Assembly: GCA_043803105.1 (NCBI GenBank)
Contig: JAZDKJ010000006.1
Coordinates: 160,001 to 224,000, forward strand
DNA length: 64,000 nt
Source: Candidatus Woesearchaeota archaeon
Lineage (GTDB): Archaea > Nanobdellota > Nanobdellia > Woesearchaeales > JAZDKJ01
Direction: 5' to 3'
A program made the position numbers and the translations under genes. This document shows, piece after piece, positions 1 through 9,474 of this stretch (position 1 is its first letter; each line of letters opens with the position of its first letter). The notes below the pieces were generated by a model. It was given only the letters and a program-made list of their open reading frames with translations. It searched no databases and was not told the origin of the DNA.

Positions 1-2
1 TG

Positions 3-365
3 GGAGAGCTCAGAGCAGAGCTCGAAAGCGAAGTGCTAAATGTCAAGGTTGAATTGGGTCTTGAGCAGAGAAAGCCTATGCAGCAGATGGTTGCCTCGCA
101 ACAGGAGCCCAGAAGGCCTGTTGTTGTCAGTCCAGACAAGGCTTTTTGTTTTGCCGATGGTTCTCGTGCAACCAGCCTGCTTGAACTTTATGAGAAGCTA
201 AGGTTTATGCCAGATTCTGTCTTTTCTGCTTATTGTAACGAGCAGAAAAATGATTTCTACCTCTGGATAACAGAGTTTTTCAAGGATGATTTGCTTGCTT
301 TCAAGCTCAAGCCATTAACCTCTAGACAGGCTGTCATTCAGGTGCTTGCTGACTTTCTAACTTAA
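3..365 (+). CDS. 5'-truncated protein with C-terminal DUF5752-like domain
   Basis: The frame is open from the window start. The motif AFCFADG..SL.EL...NEQKNDF..WI resembles DUF5752. Confidence 0.55.
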   Translation, partial: GELRAELESEVLNVKVELGLEQRKPMQQMVASQQEPRRPVVVSPDKAFCFADGSRATSLLELYEKLRFMPDSVFSAYCNEQKNDFYLWITEFFKDDLLAFKLKPLTSRQAVIQVLADFLT

Positions 366-527
366 CAGTAAATCATGCTTTTTCTGTTGATTAAAAGCTG
401 TATTACAGCCTTAAAATTAAAAATAAGCCTAATTTGACTTTAAAATATTTTTTTGAGTTATATTTTTTGATTATGAGTCAAAGAATCAGTTTTATTAGCT
501 ATTTATAACCTCTTTTTCAAGCAAAAG

Positions 528-558
528 ATTTATATATAAGTATACCAATTAGTATACT
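528..558 (+). promoter_or_regulatory. TATA box followed by inverted-repeat operator
   Basis: TTTATATATA at ~528-538 is followed by AGTATAC-caatta-GTATACT (539-558), upstream of the surface-protein operon. Confidence 0.5.
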
Positions 559-658
559 AATATAATATATATCGTAAAAACTATATTAAGATAGTACAAA
601 GGAAATTAAGATATGGATTATCATCGATTTATTCAATAAGCAACCTGGAGGATTACAA

Positions 659-862
659 ATGCAAGATTTGTTTTCGGATTTTGTCGGGCACCAAGTGAAA
701 GTCCCTTATAAGGATGGAAACCAGATTAAGGTTGCTCGAGGCCGCCTCGAAGTCATCAATGATGGCTTTGTCCGCATTGCAGGAGATCTTGGCACCATCA
801 TCATCAACACGAAGAACATAGAGAAGATGTCTAGGATTAGCGACGGGAGTCGCTTCAGATGA
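659..862 (+). CDS. Small Sm/LSm-like beta-barrel protein
   Basis: 67 aa with the pattern FVGHQVKV..KDG....RG.L...DGFV.I...GTIII...I. It has a GGAGG RBS and overlaps the next gene. Confidence 0.55.
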   Translation: MQDLFSDFVGHQVKVPYKDGNQIKVARGRLEVINDGFVRIAGDLGTIIINTKNIEKMSRISDGSRFR

Positions 863-1683
863 TCAAAATAGAGCAAAAGGAGGTTAGGAAAATGAGGTTA
901 AGCAAGAGCATGGCAAGAGCGTATGGTTTGCTGATAACAATTACTGTTATCCTAGCATACATGGTGTTTGCAGGGAACAGGGATCCTGTCGGCCCTGAGA
1001 AGTTGAATGTTGTCGACAGCCAGCGCATGGATTCATGGGGCGGTGCTCCTATTGATGCAGAGGCTGGTAACGTGACAGAGCTCTTCTTAAACGCTACAAG
1101 CATCACCCAGCATTGGGCAGGCTTCTACGGTAATGTTTCTGGTATCATCACTTTGGATGATTTGTCCAACAGCACTATGTATGATTGGCTTGTTGCTGAG
1201 CCTGGTGGTGCGGTTTACGCTACCCCAAGAAACCCTCCTGTATGGACGGCAATTGACTGCCTGAACAAGACCTCCATTTTTAACGAGACTGAACTTGAGC
1301 ACAACCTTTCAATGGAAAAGAACGACGAGGACGGTGTTAACGAGACCTTTTGCCCCGGCTGTAATGCTGGCTCAAAAGACGATGCCACAACCCACCCTGG
1401 TTTTTTCGTAGGCACAAAGCAGTTCCTTCCAGGTGACTGCTGGGCCTTGAATACATACGTTAACAACAGTCGCCAGACTGGAGACTTTATTGAGGTCTTG
1501 CTGCAAGACCAGCGCGACGCAGTCTACATGACTATTATTGAGGATGATAGCCCTAACTCAAAGGGCAAGAAATTTGGTTTTGATGGTAGACTCCATGACT
1601 TCCAGATGTTGGTCGGCGAGAACGGTAATGGTACCCGTGTTTGGACAACCACTACTTATTACTTTTATGTAGAGCTTGAATGA
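859..1683 (+). CDS. Secreted 'YYFYVEL' family protein 1 (E-type)
   Basis: Signal peptide, PVGP, AEAGNVTEL, GNVSG.ITLDD..N.TMYDW, HDFQMLV.ENG, C-terminal YYFYVELE and many NxS/T sequons. Confidence 0.85.
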   Translation: MIKIEQKEVRKMRLSKSMARAYGLLITITVILAYMVFAGNRDPVGPEKLNVVDSQRMDSWGGAPIDAEAGNVTELFLNATSITQHWAGFYGNVSGIITLDDLSNSTMYDWLVAEPGGAVYATPRNPPVWTAIDCLNKTSIFNETELEHNLSMEKNDEDGVNETFCPGCNAGSKDDATTHPGFFVGTKQFLPGDCWALNTYVNNSRQTGDFIEVLLQDQRDAVYMTIIEDDSPNSKGKKFGFDGRLHDFQMLVGENGNGTRVWTTTTYYFYVELE

Positions 1684-1733
1684 GAGTTTTTTTTATTTTT
1701 TTTTTAGAGAAAGAGAATTTGTAGAGGCAGAGT

Positions 1734-2465
1734 ATGATAACAAGAGGTAAAGAATACAGGACAATTGCCTGTTTGGCACTGATTGCGCTATACCTTGCGG
1801 TAACTGTGCTGGCAGCGCCTGTTGGGCCTGATTCTATTACTTATGTCCAGAATGCATCTAGGGGCGTGAAGGGCCCTATTGCTAGGACTCAGGACGAGCG
1901 CGGCACAATAACCACTATTCGCATCAATGTTACCCAGCAGAGCCTCTATTGGAAAGCCTATCTAGGCAATGTTTCTGGCAAGATTACTTTGGATGATAAT
2001 CTCAATTACACAATGTTTGATTGGACCCTCACCTCGTCAGGAGGCGAGGTCTTTGCCTCAAGAAAAGCGTCCACTGTATTATGGACCTCTATAAGGTGCG
2101 CAAACAAGACTGTTGTAGAGGCAGAAAGCCTGGCTCTCAACCACACCTTTGAGAAGACCGATGGTCTCAACAAGACCTTTAGGCGCAACAACCACACAAG
2201 CTTCTTCGTGGGCAACCAGCCTATCGGAGCTAACTCCTGTAATCATACAGCGCATCCTTATGTCAATGATGGTCCCCAAAAGTCCTCTTTTTCTGAGGTG
2301 CTTCTATACGATACCGAAGGTTGGATAGTCTACGCCTCTGTGATGAACCAGTCAGTGCATGGTTACAATAATCAGCACGTTGATTTCCAGATGCTTGTTG
2401 GGGAGAAAGGCCAGGAGGGTTTTCAGACTCCTGTAGCCTATTACTTTTATGTCGAGCTCACATAG
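1734..2465 (+). CDS. Secreted 'YYFYVEL' family protein 2 (T-type)
   Basis: Signal peptide, APVGP, RGTITT, WKAYLGNVSG.ITLDD, DFQMLV and C-terminal YYFYVELT. Confidence 0.85.
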   Translation: MITRGKEYRTIACLALIALYLAVTVLAAPVGPDSITYVQNASRGVKGPIARTQDERGTITTIRINVTQQSLYWKAYLGNVSGKITLDDNLNYTMFDWTLTSSGGEVFASRKASTVLWTSIRCANKTVVEAESLALNHTFEKTDGLNKTFRRNNHTSFFVGNQPIGANSCNHTAHPYVNDGPQKSSFSEVLLYDTEGWIVYASVMNQSVHGYNNQHVDFQMLVGEKGQEGFQTPVAYYFYVELT

Positions 2466-3444
2466 TTTTTCCAGGCTTGAAATTACAGCCATCAGCCTTT
2501 TAGTCTCACTTATTTTTTATGCTATTCTTATTTCTTTCATTTTGCCTTTTGATGCATCCCGGGCATTTGCTGCTCCGGGGTATGTTAATGATACTGCAAC
2601 AACCTTGCTGAATATCACCAACTTCGCACCGCGGGTTATCAACGTGCTCGTTGATGATATTAACTCTTCTCCTGTTCATGAGATTGATCTTGTTTCAGGC
2701 ACCACCCGCAAGGTTTGGTGTAATGGTACTGTTGTTGATTGGAATGGCAAGGATGATATTATTGCGGTGAACGCCACTCTTTATTTTATTGCGAACAAGT
2801 CTTCAACCCCTAATGATAAAAATGAGCATTACTCCAACAGGAGCTGCAATGCATACAGGTCAGGCACGTACAACAAGACTTATTCGTGCACTTTCGCTGT
2901 CTGGTTTTTTGCTAACAACGGCACCTGGTACTGCAACATGAGCGCCTGGGATAACGGGACTGCAAATTTTGATGGTCGTGGTGCTTACAACTCCTCAACC
3001 AACAGGACAAAGGTAAATCCTCTCTATGGCTTGAGTGTGCCCCCAATCATTAATTATGGGGAATTGGCCCTCAATAAGACCTCTCTAACTGATAAGATAG
3101 AGAACGTCACAAACACAGGCAATATGAATATTGACCTACAGCTTTATGGCTATGGCGGCTCAGTAAGAATTGAGAACAACCAGTCCCTTAAGTGCCGTAT
3201 GGGCACGATTCCGATAAGGAATGAACACTTTTCTTTAACTGTAGACACTGCGTTTGAGTCAATGACAAATCTCTCCGGCCAGTTTGCCAACCCTAATGAC
3301 ATTAACAATTTCAATCTGGCTCAGCGCAAGAGTGAGACAATCAACAGCACTAGAAACACTTACTGGAAGATAAGGGTTCCTCCAGTTGGAGTCAAAGGCC
3401 AGTGCAACGGTACCATCGTTTTCTCTTCGGTTATAGATGATTAA
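2449..3444 (+). CDS. Secreted Ig-like/beta-rich glycoprotein, second family (copy A)
   Basis: Hydrophobic N-terminus, paired Cys, many sequons, ends CNGTIVFSSVIDD. Paralog of 8169..9152. Confidence 0.8.
   Translation: MSSSHSFSRLEITAISLLVSLIFYAILISFILPFDASRAFAAPGYVNDTATTLLNITNFAPRVINVLVDDINSSPVHEIDLVSGTTRKVWCNGTVVDWNGKDDIIAVNATLYFIANKSSTPNDKNEHYSNRSCNAYRSGTYNKTYSCTFAVWFFANNGTWYCNMSAWDNGTANFDGRGAYNSSTNRTKVNPLYGLSVPPIINYGELALNKTSLTDKIENVTNTGNMNIDLQLYGYGGSVRIENNQSLKCRMGTIPIRNEHFSLTVDTAFESMTNLSGQFANPNDINNFNLAQRKSETINSTRNTYWKIRVPPVGVKGQCNGTIVFSSVIDD
2650..2963 (+). repeat. Near-identical repeat of ~8364-8677
   Basis: A 50-nt perfect match (2650-2699 vs 8364-8413) is followed by ~260 nt with mostly synonymous differences. 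Confidence 0.85.
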
Positions 3445-3658
3445 TATTAATAATTATTAATCTATGTAATTAATAAATTATTGAATTACTAAAATATATT
3501 TATTACATGAATTAATTAATAAAAACATATTTCTTACATAGTAAGTTTCAACTGCCCAATAAACCGCAATATTTTAATATAACCTTCTTACATAATAGGA
3601 AAATAATGGCAAAGATAGCTGTATTTGCACTAATTTTATCCTACATGATAAGTATAAT

Positions 3659-4159
3659 ATGAACAAAACCACTGTCACTTCAGATAAGCTGCTTGACATT
3701 TTCGTGCAGCATCTCTCTTCTGAGCATCATTGGTCAAAGCATCAGATTGAAAGGTTAATCATTCACGAGGACAAGTCCTCTATCTCTATTCCTGTCACTG
3801 TATTCTCTACCCGCCTTCTTGGCTCCTTCGAGGCCTTGGTCAAGTTTATGCACGAGAACCTTGGGCTTAGATTGAGTCAGATTTCAAAGCTTATCAATCG
3901 TGATCCACGCACTATCTGGAACGCCTATCATGCTTCGCAGAGGAAGATGCCCGGGCCATTGCAGCCTGCAGATTCAACATTCCACCTGCCATTTGACGTT
4001 TTTTCCTCACGCAAACTGAGTGTTCTGGAGTCAATCGTCCACTTCCTAGAGCCATCTGGTCTTGGCAATAGCGAGCTTGCCAGGCTCATTAATCGCGACC
4101 CAAGGACAATCTCCACTGTCAGGTCAAGGATTGCAGTCAAACTGAAAAATGAACGATAA
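3659..4159 (+). CDS. Tandem-HTH DNA-binding protein
   Basis: Two internal repeats: LS.(F/L)E..V.F....GL..S.(I/L)..LINRDPRTI. Confidence 0.75.
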   Translation: MNKTTVTSDKLLDIFVQHLSSEHHWSKHQIERLIIHEDKSSISIPVTVFSTRLLGSFEALVKFMHENLGLRLSQISKLINRDPRTIWNAYHASQRKMPGPLQPADSTFHLPFDVFSSRKLSVLESIVHFLEPSGLGNSELARLINRDPRTISTVRSRIAVKLKNER

Positions 4160-4874
4160 GAATATCCGCAAACAGTATTTCGTCTTGATTTTGTCTCTCT
4201 TAATTATATTGCAGTATGTAGCAGCTGTGCCTATGGGCCCTGAACAGATAAAGAACCTCTCGACAGTTACCGCTCCTGTAAAGTCAGCCTACAAGCTTAA
4301 CACTACTGGAGGAACCTTCACCACTCTGCTGATCAATATCACCTCCCAGACCTATAGGTGGAAGGCTTATGCAGGTAACATAACCGGAAAACTTTCCCTG
4401 GACGACAACTTGAACTCTACTATTTACGATTGGTCAATTGCTACTGTTGCAGGTGAGGTTTACGCAACACGCTCCTCAACCACAATCACTTGGCAGAATA
4501 TTATCTGCGCGAACATCTCCACTGCAAGGGCTGAAGAACAGGCTTTGAACATCAGCTCATCCAATGATGACAGCATAAACAGGACTTTCATAAAGAGCGC
4601 TCTTGCCCATAAGGAGTTTTATACAGCCACCAAAAAGTTTGCCTCGGGCAGCTGTCCTGCGATTGCAACCTATGTCAACAACACTGCTCAATCAGGAAAT
4701 TTCCAGGAGGTGCTTTTGTATGACTCTGCCCGCATTGTATATGCTGGCCTTCTGGAAAACAAGGCAAAGGGCTTCAACAACCAGTACTATGACTTCCAGC
4801 TCATCGTGCCTGAATCAGGCCTCGAGGGCTCTCAGCCAGTAACTGCTTACTACTTCTATGTTGAGCTCACTTAG
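4149..4874 (+). CDS. Secreted 'YYFYVEL' family protein 3 (T-type)
   Basis: Signal peptide, AVPMGP, WKAYAGNITG.LSLDD, DFQLIV and C-terminal YYFYVELT. Confidence 0.85.
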   Translation: MNDKNIRKQYFVLILSLLIILQYVAAVPMGPEQIKNLSTVTAPVKSAYKLNTTGGTFTTLLINITSQTYRWKAYAGNITGKLSLDDNLNSTIYDWSIATVAGEVYATRSSTTITWQNIICANISTARAEEQALNISSSNDDSINRTFIKSALAHKEFYTATKKFASGSCPAIATYVNNTAQSGNFQEVLLYDSARIVYAGLLENKAKGFNNQYYDFQLIVPESGLEGSQPVTAYYFYVELT

Positions 4875-5234
4875 AAAGTAATTAATTTATTAGTTAATCA
4901 TAATTGATATATTAATCACATTAATTTATTGTTTTATTCAAATTTTATCTGTTATCGAAAGTTGCCTATACTTGCCAAATTCAACCATTTTGCTGTCATT
5001 TTTTTTGTCGTCAGAAAAAATCAATAATAAACTATTTAATTAATTATTAAAATTGATAAACATTTAAAATATATTTATTTTTGTCTCAATTTATTGACTA
5101 TAATTAATTAAAAATCGAAATGTTTATATATGAAATACCTTATGGAATACCTCAGGATATGAAAAACTATAGTGATGTATAGAAATTTAACAAAAGACAA
5201 CTGATGTACTAAGCAGTGGATTAGGAGACGACTA

Positions 5235-5855
5235 ATGGACATAGAGAGTTTGTTTACAGTATCCAAGTGGGAGATTCTCTCCCATCTTTCTCTAGGCAAG
5301 TTGTCTCCCCTCGAGTTGTCCCGCAAGCTCAACACCTCCATGGCAAACGTTAGCCAGCAGCTTCGCCTGCTTGAGTTTGCCGGCATAGTCAAGAAGGAAA
5401 AGGTCTCAGCGCGCGAGGCAGGAAAGCCACGGACCCTCTATTTTCTTGCTGATGATTTCTGCGACCTGGTTTTGCTTAGCAAGAATTTTGCTAGAAAACG
5501 CCTTTTGCGCCTGACCGAATATCACAAGATTGTCTTGAAGATTTGGATGATTGAGGATGTTTCCAGCCATTATTTCCTTGAAAAATTCTTCTGGAAGATA
5601 GAGCATCTGGTTGAGCAGACCAAGGCTATAGCGGTAGAAACCAAGGGTTCTGATATCACTGTTTACCTGGTTACTGACTCAAAAGACCTTGAGAAAAAGG
5701 TGCAGGACATCCAGTTGAAGAATGTCCAAGGCCAGACCAAGAGCATTTCTGTCAAAGTTATCCTTGAAAAAGAGCTTTTCAAGCTCTCGAAGCAGGAATT
5801 GAATGTAATTCATGATCCTGAAGGGATAATGTTAACAAAAAAAGGAGAGGTGTAA
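5235..5855 (+). CDS. ArsR-like winged-HTH regulator with C-terminal NTase-like fold domain
   Basis: SPLELSRKLNTSMANVSQQLRLLE..GIV...GKPR..Y is a typical wHTH pattern. Confidence 0.75.
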   Translation: MDIESLFTVSKWEILSHLSLGKLSPLELSRKLNTSMANVSQQLRLLEFAGIVKKEKVSAREAGKPRTLYFLADDFCDLVLLSKNFARKRLLRLTEYHKIVLKIWMIEDVSSHYFLEKFFWKIEHLVEQTKAIAVETKGSDITVYLVTDSKDLEKKVQDIQLKNVQGQTKSISVKVILEKELFKLSKQELNVIHDPEGIMLTKKGEV

Positions 5856-5857
5856 AA

Positions 5858-6613
5858 ATGGAAGAAAGGGCAATAATCAGGTTGTTGGTTTTTGCGGTTA
5901 TGATTGGCTTAAGCTTGTCAGCAGTAGTTAGCGCTGATCCAACAGGACCTGGTGTCTTGAATGCTGGGCCCTCGCAAAGGTCTGATGCTATAGGCAAGGA
6001 TGCAAAGCAGGTTGCAGCAGAGGCAGGCAATGTAACAGAGCTTGACATCGACGCCAATATCATCACCAAGACTTGGCAGGGCTATTATGGTAACATTAGC
6101 GGAGTGATAACCCTCGACGATGCACAGAACAAGACGATGTACAACTGGATTGATGCGAACCCTCAGGGTGAGATATTCTCAACGAACAGTACTTCAGTAT
6201 CCTGGGCTGATGTGTTTTGCTTCAACATGGATCCAGATCTGCCAAACGAAGGTAACCTTACCACCTTTGAGTCTTACATAGGTGTTCCTGGCTCAGCAAT
6301 GGACGGAATTAATGAGACCTTCAAGACCAAGGACCACTCTGCATTCCAGATTGGCTCAAGGACAATCAACGCTGATTCATGCTGGTCTGTGAAGACCTAT
6401 GTTAATGACGCAGTGCAGGCCTCGAGCAACTTCATTGAGGTGATGCTGGTTGATAATGACTCCAGGGAGGCGGTGTTTGCCACAATCCTGAACAACAGCG
6501 TTACAGGTTTTGACGCTAAGCCGCATGATTTCCAGATGCTGGTGCCGGTTGCAGGAGGCCATGCGATTCCAGCAACGCTTGATACATTTTACTTTTATGT
6601 AGAGCTTGAGTAA
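5858..6613 (+). CDS. Secreted 'YYFYVEL' family protein 4 (E-type)
   Basis: Signal peptide, ADPTGP, AEAGNVTEL, WQGYYGNISGVITLDD, HDFQMLV, FYFYVELE. Strong GGAGAGGTG RBS. Confidence 0.85.
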   Translation: MEERAIIRLLVFAVMIGLSLSAVVSADPTGPGVLNAGPSQRSDAIGKDAKQVAAEAGNVTELDIDANIITKTWQGYYGNISGVITLDDAQNKTMYNWIDANPQGEIFSTNSTSVSWADVFCFNMDPDLPNEGNLTTFESYIGVPGSAMDGINETFKTKDHSAFQIGSRTINADSCWSVKTYVNDAVQASSNFIEVMLVDNDSREAVFATILNNSVTGFDAKPHDFQMLVPVAGGHAIPATLDTFYFYVELE

Positions 6614-6650
6614 AGCTGAGTAATAGAGAAGAAAGAAAAAACACACCATA

Positions 6651-7388
6651 TTGAAAGCGAATAGAGGTTTGGAAGAGTTAGTAATAGCCTTTTTGATAGC
6701 ATTTGCTATCATGGCTGTTGCTGTTGCAGCCCCTAACGGGCCAAATAATTTGGAGGTTTTGAAAAGCGAAAGAATGAAGCCGATTGCCGGTGCAAGTGTG
6801 CCTGCCCAGGCAGGGAATGTAACTGAGTTGAACATAAACGCAACCTCAGTCACAAAATCCTGGCAGGGTTACTTCGGTAACATTAGCGGAGTGATAACCC
6901 TGGACAATGCAAACAACATGACGATGTATAACTGGGTTGATGCTAGTCCCCAAGGCGAGGTTTATGCATCGCCTGCACAGATTAGCAGTTGGGCTTCGGT
7001 CAAGTGCATAAATTTTAGTGCGCACAGCCCAGAGCTTAACCTCTCTAACCTTGAGTCTTCGCTTGGCATGAGGACTGCTGATGTGGATGGCGTGAACGAG
7101 ACCTTCAGATATAGTTTCAGTGGCGATTTTTGGGTTGGCTCTGTTCATATTACCTCAGGGAATGAATGCCCTGCCACCTACACCTTCAAGAACGATGCCC
7201 CCCAGTCTGTGGATTTTGTTGAGGTATTGCTAACAGACTCTACGGATGTGATTTACGCATCCATCCTGGAGGACAGCGTTGCTGGTTTCGATGAAAAACC
7301 GCATGACTTTCAGATGCTTGTTGGGGAGAATGGCCATAACGGTGACGTTGCCGTTACCCAATATTACTTTTATGTCGAATTGGAGTGA
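6651..7388 (+). CDS. Secreted 'YYFYVEL' family protein 5 (E-type)
   Basis: Signal peptide, AAPNGP, AQAGNVTEL, WQGYFGNISGVITLD, HDFQMLVGENG, YYFYVELE. TTG start. Confidence 0.85.
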   Translation: MKANRGLEELVIAFLIAFAIMAVAVAAPNGPNNLEVLKSERMKPIAGASVPAQAGNVTELNINATSVTKSWQGYFGNISGVITLDNANNMTMYNWVDASPQGEVYASPAQISSWASVKCINFSAHSPELNLSNLESSLGMRTADVDGVNETFRYSFSGDFWVGSVHITSGNECPATYTFKNDAPQSVDFVEVLLTDSTDVIYASILEDSVAGFDEKPHDFQMLVGENGHNGDVAVTQYYFYVELE

Positions 7389-7420
7389 TAGAGTGATAAT
7401 TACAAAGGAGGTCAATCAAT

Positions 7421-8161
7421 ATGAGAATTTCGGGTTTACATGATGCAGTTGTTATTGCCATAATCCTGGCTCTCTGCATCAGCATAGTCTCTAGTGTGAC
7501 CTCTGCAGTCCCGACAGGCCCAAACCAGGTAAAGAATCTTTCCACTTCCACAAGGACCAGCGGCCTCTCGCCTAAGGCCAGGGGTTTTGACCAGCGCGGT
7601 ACCATAAACACAGTGCTCCTCAACCTCACGCAGCAGTCCAGCAAGTGGAAGGCTTACATCGGGAACATTACAGGGAGGATCAGCTTGGATGATGCTGACA
7701 ACTACACGATCTATGATTGGACCATGGGCGTTGTCTCAGGCGAGGTCTATGCAACAAGGAGTTCCACCACAGTCAACTGGAACAACATTCGATGCGCAAA
7801 AATACCTGATGTTGAGACTGAGCAGGCTGCCTTGAAGCAGAGTGCGCTTTCATCCGACTGCATAAACAGGACTTTCCTGGACATAACCCATCCTGCCTTT
7901 TATGCTGGCCCAACATACATCTCTAATTCAATCTGCAACAAGTCTGCGAACCTCTACAGGAATGATGTTGCGAATGCATTCACCTGGCATGAGGTCTTGC
8001 TGCACGACGGCACCAACATTGTTTACACAGCCATAATCAACGCTACAAGGCAAGGCTATAACCCGAATAAATACCATGACTTCCAGATGCTCGTTGCCGA
8101 GAACGGCTCAGAAGGTGTCCCTACTGTCAACACCTATTATTTTTATGTTGAATTGACTTGA
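7421..8161 (+). CDS. Secreted 'YYFYVEL' family protein 6 (T-type)
   Basis: Signal peptide, AVPTGP, RGTINT, WKAYIGNITG.ISLDD, HDFQMLVAENG, YYFYVELT. Confidence 0.85.
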   Translation: MRISGLHDAVVIAIILALCISIVSSVTSAVPTGPNQVKNLSTSTRTSGLSPKARGFDQRGTINTVLLNLTQQSSKWKAYIGNITGRISLDDADNYTIYDWTMGVVSGEVYATRSSTTVNWNNIRCAKIPDVETEQAALKQSALSSDCINRTFLDITHPAFYAGPTYISNSICNKSANLYRNDVANAFTWHEVLLHDGTNIVYTAIINATRQGYNPNKYHDFQMLVAENGSEGVPTVNTYYFYVELT

Positions 8162-8168
8162 TGAGAAT

Positions 8169-9152
8169 ATGAAATCACAAAACAATTGGTTTAAGGAGCT
8201 TGCCTTGCTTGGCTGCCTGGCCGCATTACTGTACTTGGCGTTTTATTTTGCTGTCTCGCTTTTGTCAGTTGAGGTTAGCACTGCCGGCACTCAATGGGTA
8301 AATGACTCGATTATTACAAGAGTCAACGTAACAAACTATGCTCCCAGAGTGATTGATGTCCTTGTTGATGATATTAACTCTTCTCCTGTTCATGAGATTG
8401 ATCTTGTTTCAGGTACTACTCGCAAGGTTTGGTGTAATGGTACTGTGGTTGATTGGAATGGTAAGGATGACATTGTTGCTGTTAACGCTACCCTGTATTT
8501 TATTGCTAACAAGTCCTCTACCCCAGATGATAAGAATGAGCATTACTCGAATAGGAGCTGCACTGCGTATAAGACAGGGCTGTATAACAAGACTTATTCG
8601 TGCACTTTTGCTGTTTGGTTTTTTGCGAACAACGGCACCTGGTTTTGCAACATGAGCGCCTGGGACAACGGCACTGCTGATTTGAGGAATGGCATCTCTT
8701 ACAACTCATCTGTAAACCGGACAAGGATCAATCCACTTTATGGCCTGGATGTTCCGCCAATTGTTGACTTTGGTGAGGTCCCGTTGAATGCCGAGTCACC
8801 GACGAGAGCAGTCAATGTCACAAACACAGGCAACATGCCGCTCGACCTGAGGCTTTACGGATATGGTGGCAATGTCCGGACTGAGAATAATCTTTCGATG
8901 AAGTGTAAGATTGGCAATATCTCAGTACGGAATATGCGCTTTGACAATACTTCAGCCCATACATTTAGTAACATGTGGAATCTCTCTGGACAGTTTGCCA
9001 ATCCTATATACATGAATTTTGGCGTGAAGCAGCGCAAAAGCGAGACTCTTGACTCCATAAACAACACTTATTGGAGAATCAAGATACCTCAGTATGCTGT
9101 GAAGGGTAAGTGCAATGGTACCATTGTCTTCAATGCAGTCAAGGACACCTAG
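8169..9152 (+). CDS. Secreted Ig-like/beta-rich glycoprotein, second family (copy B)
   Basis: Near-identical central block to 2449..3444. Ends CNGTIVFNAVKDT. Confidence 0.8.
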   Translation: MKSQNNWFKELALLGCLAALLYLAFYFAVSLLSVEVSTAGTQWVNDSIITRVNVTNYAPRVIDVLVDDINSSPVHEIDLVSGTTRKVWCNGTVVDWNGKDDIVAVNATLYFIANKSSTPDDKNEHYSNRSCTAYKTGLYNKTYSCTFAVWFFANNGTWFCNMSAWDNGTADLRNGISYNSSVNRTRINPLYGLDVPPIVDFGEVPLNAESPTRAVNVTNTGNMPLDLRLYGYGGNVRTENNLSMKCKIGNISVRNMRFDNTSAHTFSNMWNLSGQFANPIYMNFGVKQRKSETLDSINNTYWRIKIPQYAVKGKCNGTIVFNAVKDT

Positions 9153-9474
9153 GTCTGCTGTTGCACTCCTTTTTGTTGTCCTCTCCTTGTTTTCTGTTGC
9201 TTGTTCATCAGTTGATGAGGCGCACGCAAGAAGTATAGCTGAGGATTTTGTGCGTTCTCGGGTTGTCTTCTATGCCAAGAACAGCACTGTTTCTTCCACA
9301 GTGCAGGAGCTTGCCATTTCTGTCGAGAGTGTGAGCCTGCTTGGTGATTCATGGTATCTGTCTGTCCGGGCCTCCTCAGAGGTTAATGGGACTGTCAAGC
9401 AGAAGCTAATTCCAATAGTTATTGATGCCAGAAGCGGCACTGTTACAGAATTCAATGGCCTTCCCGTACAATGA
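9115..9474 (+). CDS. Small lipoprotein-like secreted protein (PepSY-like)
   Basis: A hydrophobic stretch ends in VAC. The C-terminus has IVIDARSG.V. Confidence 0.55.
   Translation: MVPLSSMQSRTPRSAVALLFVVLSLFSVACSSVDEAHARSIAEDFVRSRVVFYAKNSTVSSTVQELAISVESVSLLGDSWYLSVRASSEVNGTVKQKLIPIVIDARSGTVTEFNGLPVQ

Noticed and set aside
859-8161. YYFYVEL paralogs as type IV pilins or archaellins
   Set aside because: They lack a class III signal peptide (no short basic leader with K/R-G cleavage before a retained hydrophobic helix), and no assembly ATPase or TadC-like gene is in the locus.
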